64,000 bases of DNA. Source: Acidobacteriaceae bacterium (GTDB taxonomy: Bacteria > Acidobacteriota > Terriglobia > Terriglobales > Acidobacteriaceae). The position numbers and the translations under genes are program-made. The first letter of the stretch is position 1. Every line of letters begins with the position of its first letter. The stretch is from contig JBAVOQ010000015.1 of the NCBI GenBank assembly GCA_049692235.1, positions 13,186 to 77,185 of the forward strand. Reading direction: 5' to 3'. Positions 41,886 through 50,403 of the stretch are shown in pieces. A model generated the notes under the pieces. It ran no database searches. It had not been told where the DNA came from and saw only the letters and a program-made list of their open reading frames with translations.

Positions 41886-42719
41886 ATGCTCGAAGACGAA
41901 GACCTATATGGGGAGCAGAGAAATTCCCCAGGCCTACTGGTATTGATCGCAGGGCTCTCTTTCCTATTGGCAATCGGCGCACTCGCGTGGAGTTATTTTT
42001 TGCAGAGTCAACTGGAAACAACGGAAGCAAGATTGACCCAGGCCCAGGAGCACATCGACCACCTGTCGGCACAAAATGGGGAAATATGGCGCCAGATGCG
42101 CGCCACGAACGACGAGTTCGGAGCCAAGCTTGGCATTACACAGCAGCAGATTGAGCTGCGAGCACAGAACATCCTCCATCAACAGGAGATGGCAGACGCG
42201 CGCATGGCAAGGCAGCAGGCGGCCACCCAGCAAAAGGTGACAGATGTTTCACACGCCGTCTCCAACGTGCAGACCGATGTGGGCGGCGTAAAGAAAGATG
42301 TCGTCAGCACGCAGAAGGAACTGGCCAACACCGAGCAGCAACTTCACGCCGTGGTCGGCGATTTAGGGGTGCAGAGCGGCCTGATCGCGACCAATTCGCA
42401 GCAGTTGGATTACCTGAAGCACCTGGGAGATCGCGACTACTTTCAATTCACCCTGCACAAGGGGCAGTCGGCGTCCTCAATTTCCATCGTAAAATTGCAA
42501 TTGAAGAAAGCCGACGTCAAACATTCGCGCTACACGCTGGAAATTTATTCCGACGATAAGAAGATCGAAAAGAAGAATCGCGACCTGGATGAGCCGCTGC
42601 AGTTCTACACCGGAAAAACTCCGATGTTGTTTGAAGTGGTGATCAACCAAATCGGCAAGAATGAAGTTTCCGGCTATTTGTCAGCGCCCAAAAACGCACC
42701 CAAACCCTTCGTTCCGTAG
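41886..42719 (+). CDS. Hypothetical membrane-anchored coiled-coil protein
   Basis: A single TM helix (LLVLIAGLSFLLAIGALAWSYF), a Q-rich coiled coil of ~130 aa and a C-terminal beta-rich domain. The start follows GAGGAG. No family recognised. Confidence 0.5.
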   Translation: MLEDEDLYGEQRNSPGLLVLIAGLSFLLAIGALAWSYFLQSQLETTEARLTQAQEHIDHLSAQNGEIWRQMRATNDEFGAKLGITQQQIELRAQNILHQQEMADARMARQQAATQQKVTDVSHAVSNVQTDVGGVKKDVVSTQKELANTEQQLHAVVGDLGVQSGLIATNSQQLDYLKHLGDRDYFQFTLHKGQSASSISIVKLQLKKADVKHSRYTLEIYSDDKKIEKKNRDLDEPLQFYTGKTPMLFEVVINQIGKNEVSGYLSAPKNAPKPFVP

Positions 42720-42781
42720 CGGGCAATCAAACTCGGAGACACGCGATCCTCTTCGCCACGTCTGCTCGCAGCCAGATCGAC

Positions 42782-43441
42782 TCACTGTAGCGGCAGCGCC
42801 ACCGATTGCCCGTGCTGGAAGCTGATGATGACCTGCCCGCTCTTGCGCTGGGTCCATTGTGCCTTCGTCCAGGGATAGGCAAATACCATCAGACCCTCCG
42901 TTGAACCTCCGGGCGGAATGACCGTGTGGCGCGTCAACGGAGCCATGCTCATCGCGGTCAATTGCGGAAAACGCTGCATGAAACGGTCAATATCCCCAGG
43001 TAGGGCTGCGGAGCTTTGATCGCCCGTTGCCTGCTTCGGCATCTTCACATCGGAAACCAAATCGAAGATCGTGAGCGGATCTTTGCTGATATTTGTCACA
43101 CGCGCCTGCACCAGCACGACGGTCTCATCCTGCTCCGGCAACGTCCCAGGCATTCCCGGCCCTTGCGGCGACTCGCCAGAGTCCACTTGTACCTGATAGA
43201 CGTACTGGCGCAACAAGGTGGCGGAGGCATCCGGCTTTGTCCGGCCATAAATGGCGAAGAGTGCCCACGCGATAGCCAAGCCCACCACGACAATAATTGC
43301 GGGAACGACGAGCGGACGCCAGGGTTCGGTCGGCTCAATCTCATCCATTTCCAGCGCACCCACATTCGGGGTCTGCGCGGAGGGGGCTAGGGACGATTCT
43401 TCTTGCGGCGTCTCTCGATCTGAAGATTCGGGGGTAATCAT
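42782..43441 (-). CDS. Hypothetical single-pass membrane protein with a beta-sandwich-like ectodomain
   Basis: An acidic N-terminus, a TM helix (LVVPAIIVVVGLAIAWALFAIY) and a DUF4352-like pattern (VVLVQARVTNISKDPLTIFD). Low-certainty family call. Confidence 0.45.
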   Translation of the reverse strand: MITPESSDRETPQEESSLAPSAQTPNVGALEMDEIEPTEPWRPLVVPAIIVVVGLAIAWALFAIYGRTKPDASATLLRQYVYQVQVDSGESPQGPGMPGTLPEQDETVVLVQARVTNISKDPLTIFDLVSDVKMPKQATGDQSSAALPGDIDRFMQRFPQLTAMSMAPLTRHTVIPPGGSTEGLMVFAYPWTKAQWTQRKSGQVIISFQHGQSVALPLQ

Positions 43442-43488
43442 GGTTGCAAGCAGTTTACTCGGAATCCGAGGAAATCAGCAGACAAAGT

Positions 43489-45234
43489 TTAGAGAATTCG
43501 GGGGCGAAATTGCCTTAATACCTCCTCAGCCGACCGCGTATTTAGAACGTCTTCCGCTCTCAGGCCGGCCCGACGGAGCTGGCGAATGCCATAACGCATC
43601 TTTTCCAGATGCGAGGTGTGGTGCGAATCCGTGTTCACAACAATCTTGCATCCCAGCTCCCGGGCGCGCCGCAGATTGCGATCGTTCAAGTCCAGCCGGT
43701 CCGGATAGGCATTGTGTTCGACGGTCACGCCCAATTCGGCGCAGCGCTTCAGAATCGCGTCCAGGTCGAGAGCGTAGGCCTCGCGGCGCAGCAATAAGCG
43801 TCCGGTCGGATGTCCAAGAATTCGGACAAACGGATTCTCGATCGCGCGTAGGATCCGTTCCGTCATCTGTGCGGACGGCTGACCGAAATGTGAATGCACG
43901 CTGGCGACAACAACATCCATCTGCGCCAGAACATCGTCGGAAAGATCCAGGGTTCCATCCGCCAGAATATCGACTTCAATGCCGGGGAATACTCGAATCC
44001 GCCCTTCCATCTCTCGATCGACAGCGCGAATGCGCTCGACGTGCTGCAGAGCGCGCGCATCGTCTAGTCCATTCGTCATGGCAAGATTCTTCGAGTGATC
44101 CGTGATCGCGATATATTCGTAGTCGCGCTTGAGTGCGGCGTCGGCCATTTCGCGGATTGTGTTTTTTCCATCCGTCTCATTGGTGTGCATATGCAAATCG
44201 CCACGAATGTCAGTCTGCTCAATCAACCGGGGAAGTCTGTGCTCCGCTGCTGCTTCAATTTCTCCCAGGTCTTCACGCAGTTCTGGTGGAATCCAATCGA
44301 GGCCGAGCGCGGCATAAATTTCCTCCTCGGTCCTGCTGGGCAGTGCGGTGCCATCGTCCAGTCGCGCCAATGCATATTCATTCAGCGTGTAGCCCATTTT
44401 CAATGCTCGCTGCCGTATTGACACGTTGTGTAGCTTGGAGCCGGTAAAGTATTGCAGCGCCGCACCGTAACTCTTCTCCGGCAGCGTGCGCACATCCACC
44501 TGCAAACCTTGCCGCAGTCGAAAGCTCACTTTGTTCTGTCCCTTGCCAAGGATGTCGGCAATGGGCGGATAGGCAGCGACGTATTCCACCACCGCCGCGA
44601 CCTGGTCCTCTTCGCAGGCTGGGCCGGTGATCAGAAAATCCAGATCTCCCACCGTTTCGCGGCCCCGCCGCAACGATCCCGCCGGCGTCACGCGGTCAAT
44701 GCCAGGACAATTGCGCAAATATTCCGTCAGCTTCTCTGCCGCCAGTTCGGCGTCATCGAGATGAAACCGTCCAATGTTCTTGCGATATTCCGCGATACCT
44801 TGCAGCAGCTTCGCCACCTGCTTGGGACCGCACCTCGGCAGGTTGTCCAGGCGGCCCTCTTTGCACGCGGCCTCCAACTCATCGACACTTGAAATTTGCG
44901 CGGCGTCCCAAAACAGCGCTACCGTCTTCGGCCCCATGCCGGGCAGTCGCAACAACTCCAGCATTGCAGGCTTGTATTTAGCCAGCAGCTCCTGGTGCAG
45001 ACCCAGCGTGCCCGTCTGCTCTAGCTCGACAATATTCGCCGCCATTCCTTTGCCGATGCCGGGAATCTCTAGCAGTCGTTTGGGTTCCGCTGCCAGCGCA
45101 CCCACAGACACCGTGCTCTGCTCCACTACCTCCGCAGCTCGACGATAGGAACGAATGCGAAACGAGTCCGCCGCGCTCACTTCCAGCAAATCAGCCGTTT
45201 CTGACAATATTTGTGCGATTTGACGATTTTCCAT
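43489..45234 (-). CDS. polX: DNA polymerase X family protein with a C-terminal PHP phosphoesterase domain
   Basis: An N-terminal HhH/8-kDa domain (NRQIAQILSETADLLE...FRIRSYRRAA), the palm motif GSLRRGRETVGDLDFLI and PHP motifs (DLHMHT, ITDHS, NTDSHH). Confidence 0.85.
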   Translation of the reverse strand: MENRQIAQILSETADLLEVSAADSFRIRSYRRAAEVVEQSTVSVGALAAEPKRLLEIPGIGKGMAANIVELEQTGTLGLHQELLAKYKPAMLELLRLPGMGPKTVALFWDAAQISSVDELEAACKEGRLDNLPRCGPKQVAKLLQGIAEYRKNIGRFHLDDAELAAEKLTEYLRNCPGIDRVTPAGSLRRGRETVGDLDFLITGPACEEDQVAAVVEYVAAYPPIADILGKGQNKVSFRLRQGLQVDVRTLPEKSYGAALQYFTGSKLHNVSIRQRALKMGYTLNEYALARLDDGTALPSRTEEEIYAALGLDWIPPELREDLGEIEAAAEHRLPRLIEQTDIRGDLHMHTNETDGKNTIREMADAALKRDYEYIAITDHSKNLAMTNGLDDARALQHVERIRAVDREMEGRIRVFPGIEVDILADGTLDLSDDVLAQMDVVVASVHSHFGQPSAQMTERILRAIENPFVRILGHPTGRLLLRREAYALDLDAILKRCAELGVTVEHNAYPDRLDLNDRNLRRARELGCKIVVNTDSHHTSHLEKMRYGIRQLRRAGLRAEDVLNTRSAEEVLRQFRPRIL

Positions 45235-45291
45235 GGCGATCGATCAGGGCAATCATTCCGCGCCCTCGAAGGCATCATCGCACTCGGCGGA

Positions 45292-45321
45292 CAAAAATGA
45301 AAACCCGGCGCAGCGGCCGGG
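45292..45321 (-). terminator. Candidate rho-independent terminator downstream of cspA
   Basis: On the minus strand, CCCGGC-(6 nt)-GCCGGG is followed by TTTTCATTTTTG. It lies between cspA and polX. Confidence 0.45.
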
Positions 45322-45483
45322 TCAGGAAACCATATTGAATGAAAACCCGGGTTGAATGCAGTCACACCACGAGGATGGCTGGATCGGTCCGTATTCGATT
45401 CACGCTACCGGGCGCACACGAACTCAAACCATTGCAAAGCCCTTGCAATTCAAGAATCCAGCGTTGGAGGTTGGGCCTTAGCT

Positions 45484-45714
45484 TCACACCGTCTCGTGGA
45501 CCACATCTTGCAAGCGCATCACCTGATCCGCTTGCGGTCCTTTATCTCCCTGCACAATGTCAAACTCGACCGGATCGCCCTCCTTCAGGCTCTTGTACCC
45601 GTCAGTCTGGATTGCTGTGTAATGCACGAACACATCGGGACCATCGTCACGCCCAATGAATCCGAACCCTTTTGCGTTATTGAACCACTTCACTTTGCCT
45701 TTGTGCTGAGACAC
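45484..45714 (-). CDS. cspA: Cold-shock protein (CspA family)
   Basis: [15 protein letters not shown] (RNP1) and DVFVHYTAI (RNP2). A ~230-nt upstream untranslated region is consistent with a long csp leader. Confidence 0.9.
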   Translation of the reverse strand: MSQHKGKVKWFNNAKGFGFIGRDDGPDVFVHYTAIQTDGYKSLKEGDPVEFDIVQGDKGPQADQVMRLQDVVHETV

Positions 45715-45951
45715 GGAACACGCACCTCGAATCTACAGATCGGAAACGCCAAGGAATCCTGCCGATATAGACGTGGGAAGTTGCAAATTGTTATGCAGAG
45801 AATTTAAAAATTATGAGCTGGGGCCGGAAGAAATGGCGAAAGACAGGTCGCCGCAGTTCTTTTTTGGGTCAAGCGAGCATCGTCGCTGTGGAAAAAGTCG
45901 CGACGAGAACTCCTCAGACAATCTTGTCAGGTTGGTTTTAAGGAACGCGTC

Positions 45952-46698
45952 TCAGGAAATTCGAGCGGCGCGGCGACGCACATACATCAAAATCGCAATG
46001 ATGGATTTTGCGTCGATAATTTTTCCGCTATCGATCCACTCCAGTGCCTGCGATAGCGGAATCTGCTGGTGCTGAATATATTCATCCTCATCCGGTGCCG
46101 ACTCTCCGCAACTCAATCCTTGCGCCAGGTACACTTGCATCCACTCACCCAAAAATCCTGGACTCACGTAGAAACGCGCGATCTTGTTCCAGCGCTTGGC
46201 AATGTATCCTGTCTCTTCCAGCAATTCGCGCTTTGCGCCCGGCAGCACAGCTTCCTCCGGCTCCTTGCGTCCCGCTGGAATCTCCCACATATATTGTCCG
46301 GCGGCGTGGCGATATTGGCGCTCGACGACGATTAGCGGATCGCCCGGATTGCGTGTGTCGTCGACCGCGAGAATGACGACCGAACCCGAGTGCCGGATGA
46401 CATCGCGGCGCGCCGTGTCGCCTTCGGGCTCACGTACATAGTCCGTGTACACGTCGAACAGCGGTCCTTGATACGCCAGCTTGGAGGAGATCAGCGCGAC
46501 CTTTCCGCCTTTATTTCCGTTGACGCTTGAGTGTGCGGAAGACGATTTGGGTGCGCCAGACTTTGCACTGAACGTGGCTTTCTTTCGGACCGCAAGTTTC
46601 TTCTCAGAGATCTGCCGTTTGTGAGTTTTGCTTTGTGACTTGCCGCGCTTTGCTTTCTCTGCGGTCTTCAACGGTGTTTTCTGCCCAGATCGCATCAA
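45952..46698 (-). CDS. NUDIX hydrolase (ADP-ribose pyrophosphatase-like) with a Lys-rich N-terminal tail
   Basis: NUDIX box GRKEPEEAVLPGAKRELLEETG. The first ~70 aa are K/S/A-rich and basic. Confidence 0.75.
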   Translation of the reverse strand: MMRSGQKTPLKTAEKAKRGKSQSKTHKRQISEKKLAVRKKATFSAKSGAPKSSSAHSSVNGNKGGKVALISSKLAYQGPLFDVYTDYVREPEGDTARRDVIRHSGSVVILAVDDTRNPGDPLIVVERQYRHAAGQYMWEIPAGRKEPEEAVLPGAKRELLEETGYIAKRWNKIARFYVSPGFLGEWMQVYLAQGLSCGESAPDEDEYIQHQQIPLSQALEWIDSGKIIDAKSIIAILMYVRRRAARIS

Positions 46699-46829
46699 GA
46701 TCCTTTCGGGGTGTTCGTCTCAGTCGGAATGTCTCCCAACGGTATCGGCGGAACATCCGCTCCACATGAGACGTTAAACCAAACTTACCCGCGTGCGTGA
46801 CAAAAATCTGAGGAAATCCCGCACGCAAT

Positions 46830-47414
46830 TTAGCGCGTGGCTGGATGGGTTTCCTGATGTCCAATCTCGGCGAAAGTCATATTCGCCGCCGGATGGCCGG
46901 TCGCACGCTTCCACTCCTGAAACAGCTGGCCATAGCTCGCCTTCATATAATTTGCCGGCGAGACGCCAAGCTTGGCAGCCATTCGATCGATCCACTCCGA
47001 GCTGCCTTCCAGTTCTGCAAAATCTCCGATGGGAGTCACGTCCACGACCACGTGCCCCTCGTTATCGGCCCACTCTGTCCGAAGCTTCTCGTAAACAAAA
47101 ATCGGCGCAAACCCGAGCCGCTCGAAAATAGCCGCCAAAGGACGACCATCCTCCACCTCGGTTTCCGTTTCCGCTCGTACCTTGTGGTTGCTGTTCGCAG
47201 AACTTTCCACCGGCGCTTTGTGGGTCAGTATCCAGCGGTCGCCATACTGACGGATGCGCAACAACTCTCCACGCTGCCGCAATTCGCCGTCGAGTTTGTC
47301 GAACAGCACATTGCGCTCCATCGTCTCCGCAGTCAGCAGATGAAATCCCAGCGCAGGCAGCATCATGGTGAATCCAGCGCGATCCGTTAATCGAACTTTG
47401 ATTTCAGTTTCCAT
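46830..47414 (-). CDS. CYTH-domain protein (class IV adenylate cyclase / triphosphatase fold)
   Basis: METEIKVRL (ExExK motif) taken from the ATG at 47414, then LRIRQYGDRWILTHK...ETETEVED. Confidence 0.7.
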   Translation of the reverse strand: METEIKVRLTDRAGFTMMLPALGFHLLTAETMERNVLFDKLDGELRQRGELLRIRQYGDRWILTHKAPVESSANSNHKVRAETETEVEDGRPLAAIFERLGFAPIFVYEKLRTEWADNEGHVVVDVTPIGDFAELEGSSEWIDRMAAKLGVSPANYMKASYGQLFQEWKRATGHPAANMTFAEIGHQETHPATR

Positions 47415-47553
47415 CTTGCCTGTCGCCGTTTCCCCGCTCATACCCATAGTTTCGCAGATACGGATGATCCCGGGAACTCAGAATAATCCGGATAGACAAG
47501 TTAGGATGAAGGACGAGTGGCTTGCGTTGTGCAAGCGCTGTTCGCGAAACGAG

Positions 47554-48648
47554 ATGGCAGCAAACCATACAGTCCGGCTGGCGATTTCTCCCGAGTCCAT
47601 CTCGTCTATGGCGGCGCGAACCGCTCTTGCTCAGGCTGCGGAATTGATTCGCTCCGGTGGTACCGTGGCGTTTCCTACGGAGACGGTTTATGGCCTGGGC
47701 GCAAACGCGCTCGACCCAGCCGCCGTGGAGCAGATATTTCTCGCCAAGCAGCGGCCCGCTTGGGATCCCATCATCGTCCACATCGCGGACCGCGACATGT
47801 TGGCGAAGGTTGCGGTTCGCGTGCCGGGAAACGCGCAACAAATAATTGATGCACTTATGGATCAATTCTGGCCCGGCCCGTTGACCATCCTGCTGCCGAA
47901 GCAGCCGGCAGTGCCGTCGATTGTGACCGCAGGTCGGGAACTCGTCGGCGTTCGTATGCCCGCACACCCTGTTGCGCTTGCGCTGATTTCGGCGGCCAAC
48001 CTTCCCATCGCGGCACCCAGCGCCAATCGCTTCGGCCATACCAGTCCCACCACCGCGCAGCATGTATTGGAGGATCTCGACGGCCGCATCGATCTGGTAC
48101 TCGATGGTGGCCCTTCCTGGTGCGGCGTTGAGTCGACTGTGATTGAGGTTCGCGATCACGAGACCATCCTCTATCGCCCCGGTGCCATCCCTGCCGAGGA
48201 GATTGAATCCATCGCCGGGCCTGTCACTCTCTATCGACCGGCGGCAACCGGTGCGACGCAGCTGCAACCACCGGAATCCTTGCCATCTCCGGGCGTGGAC
48301 ATGCGCCACTACGCGCCCAACGCCCGCGTCATACCGCTTGAAATCAGCGAGCACACGGGAAATGAGCGCCGGCAGCGATGGCTGGATGCGGTGCAGCAAC
48401 AGTTAAACACTGGGCAGAAAATTGGCGTTCTGCTGCCCGCAGCATGGCCGTTGCCCGAAGGATTTGGCGGCATTCACTTTGCCTGGGGGAGTTGGGAGGA
48501 TGATCAGGAACTGGCGCAGCGACTATTCGCCGGACTGCGAACCCTGGATGCCATGGGTGCGGATGTCATTCTGTGCCCGTTGCCGCCGAACTCTGGTCTG
48601 GGTACGGCCATTCGAGATCGCCTGCTGAAGGCCGCCCGCGCACAATAA
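47554..48648 (+). CDS. L-threonylcarbamoyladenylate synthase (Sua5/YwlC/TsaC type, with a Sua5 C-terminal domain)
   Basis: GGTVAFPTETVYGLGANA, KQRPAWDPIIVHI, PGPLTILL and APSANRFGHTSPTTA. The start is uncertain (ATG 47554 or 47506). Confidence 0.85.
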   Translation: MAANHTVRLAISPESISSMAARTALAQAAELIRSGGTVAFPTETVYGLGANALDPAAVEQIFLAKQRPAWDPIIVHIADRDMLAKVAVRVPGNAQQIIDALMDQFWPGPLTILLPKQPAVPSIVTAGRELVGVRMPAHPVALALISAANLPIAAPSANRFGHTSPTTAQHVLEDLDGRIDLVLDGGPSWCGVESTVIEVRDHETILYRPGAIPAEEIESIAGPVTLYRPAATGATQLQPPESLPSPGVDMRHYAPNARVIPLEISEHTGNERRQRWLDAVQQQLNTGQKIGVLLPAAWPLPEGFGGIHFAWGSWEDDQELAQRLFAGLRTLDAMGADVILCPLPPNSGLGTAIRDRLLKAARAQ

Positions 48649-48668
48649 ACTGCTTGTGCGTCCGGCAC

Positions 48669-49133
48669 CTACGACATGGTTTGAGGCAGATTTTCACCGG
48701 CTTTGTAGATGTAGCGGATGCTGTCTTTATAGACCAGCACGCGGGTCCGGGCGCCACTTTGCAGTCCGCCGCGGCCAACGTTCCGCAGTTTAATGGCAAA
48801 CCGGTCGTACCACTCGATTACGCCTTCCAGTTCCTCGCCGTTTTCCAGCATCACGATCATGCGCGTCTGCGCCTGGATCTGCTTTTGAAAGTAAAAGACC
48901 TCGGCGTGCGAGCTGTCTTCGACGGTGCCGTCCGGCATGGCGCGCGCCGTCAAGGCTGGGCCGTGACCAAAAATTGACGTCTGGCGCACCGGAGCGGACC
49001 GCAACGCCAGGTTCGGCCGAATCAGGCGCCGTTGCCCGGAAAAGTCTCTCTCGGGAGGCGCAGCCGCGGGTACTGCCACCACGATGGCGGCGCGCTCGAC
49101 GGGTTTGGGTTTGGGCAATGGCATGGATTCCAT
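48669..49133 (-). CDS. hfq: Hfq-like Sm-fold RNA chaperone with an N-terminal extension
   Basis: EVFYFQKQIQAQTRMIVMLENGEELEGVIEWYDRFAIKLRN....VLVYKDSIRYIYK aligns by eye to E. coli Hfq Sm1/Sm2 ([40 protein letters not shown]). The internal ATG at 48938 would give a canonical ~89-aa protein. Confidence 0.55.
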   Translation of the reverse strand: MESMPLPKPKPVERAAIVVAVPAAAPPERDFSGQRRLIRPNLALRSAPVRQTSIFGHGPALTARAMPDGTVEDSSHAEVFYFQKQIQAQTRMIVMLENGEELEGVIEWYDRFAIKLRNVGRGGLQSGARTRVLVYKDSIRYIYKAGENLPQTMS

Positions 49134-49296
49134 TCGAACGGACAGCTGGGCCAGGTTTTTCAGCCTCCGAGACTGAGGTGGAGGAGAGATCTTGGGCCCA
49201 TTTGATTCTGCTGAATGAATACGATGCTAGTCGAAGACCGAACGTTTTCCAACTGCAGTGTTTGTTTTTTTATTTTCGAGGAAGGTCGATTCGGAA

Positions 49297-50394
49297 TCAC
49301 CGCTGCTCTAGGACCGCCGTCATCGCGTCCAAAGAGAGCGAGCGCAGCAGGTTGCGCCGCATGCCCGATTCCACCTCGGCGATCCGCCGCACCGCTCGCT
49401 CGATCCAATCGAACGAAACGCTCTCGGCCATGCGGCGAAGTTCTGGCAAAATGTCGATGTTGCGCGCCATATCGGGCTGCCCCGCCTGCAGCAACATCAT
49501 GTCCTCTAGCAACAGGTACAGACTACGCAGCAAATCCTGGGTTTTCTGCTGGCCTTCAGCTCCGGCGCGATAGGTTTCCGTCACGCGAAACAGCGCTGAG
49601 TGGTCTGGTTCAGCTGTCGCCGTTCGCAGCAGCAGCAGGGCATCCTTGCGGCTGGCGAGATACGTATCGGCGTTGAACGAGATTGTCCTCCCGACGGCCC
49701 CTTCAGCCAACCGCGCCACCAGAGTGCGTCGAGCGGAAGGCCATTCCGGGTGTCTCTCGCCCAGGATCTTTTCCAGCGCTTCCATCGGCACGGAGTGCAG
49801 CCGAATCTGGCTGCAGCGGGAGCGAATGGTCGGCAGCAGGTCCGACGGATTTTCCGCCAGCAGTAGCAAATGAGCGTATTCCGGCGGCTCCTCCAGCACT
49901 TTCAGCAGGGAATTAGCGGCTTCGCTCATAAATTTTGCGGTCGGGAAGATGTAGATTTTGTCTTTTCCCTCCGACGGCGCCCGCTGCGCATTGTGGATCA
50001 GAGAGCGTACTTGGCCCACCTTAACCAGATTCTGCGGCGGATCGGGAGGCACCACCAGAACATCCGGATGGGTCTGGATCAGAATTCGAGTATCTTTGCG
50101 GTCGGCATCGCGGAGATCTTCCCGCGCCTCAACCGCCTCCGCCACGCGCGCATCCAAGTCTAGCGCGGCGGCGATTCGGGTGCAGTTGTGGCATACGTCG
50201 CAGGCATCCGGCAGCCCGTTGAAGGTCTGCGGATCAAGGCAGTTCAGCGTCTGCGCCAGCGCAATCGCCAGCGAATACTTGCCCGCGCCGCGTGGCCCGG
50301 AAAGCAGAATCGCATGCGGTAGACGACCGGATGCGGCGGATTCCTGCAATTGCCGCACCGTCGCTTCATTGCCTAGAAAGCTGCGAAAGTTCAC
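49297..50394 (-). CDS. holB: DNA polymerase III subunit delta'
   Basis: GRLPHAILLSGPRGAGKYSLA (AAA+ P-loop-like), a Zn-module-like CDVCHNC and the SRCSQIRL sensor motif. GTG start. Confidence 0.85.
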   Translation of the reverse strand: MNFRSFLGNEATVRQLQESAASGRLPHAILLSGPRGAGKYSLAIALAQTLNCLDPQTFNGLPDACDVCHNCTRIAAALDLDARVAEAVEAREDLRDADRKDTRILIQTHPDVLVVPPDPPQNLVKVGQVRSLIHNAQRAPSEGKDKIYIFPTAKFMSEAANSLLKVLEEPPEYAHLLLLAENPSDLLPTIRSRCSQIRLHSVPMEALEKILGERHPEWPSARRTLVARLAEGAVGRTISFNADTYLASRKDALLLLRTATAEPDHSALFRVTETYRAGAEGQQKTQDLLRSLYLLLEDMMLLQAGQPDMARNIDILPELRRMAESVSFDWIERAVRRIAEVESGMRRNLLRSLSLDAMTAVLEQR

Positions 50395-50403
50395 ATTTTG
50401 AGC

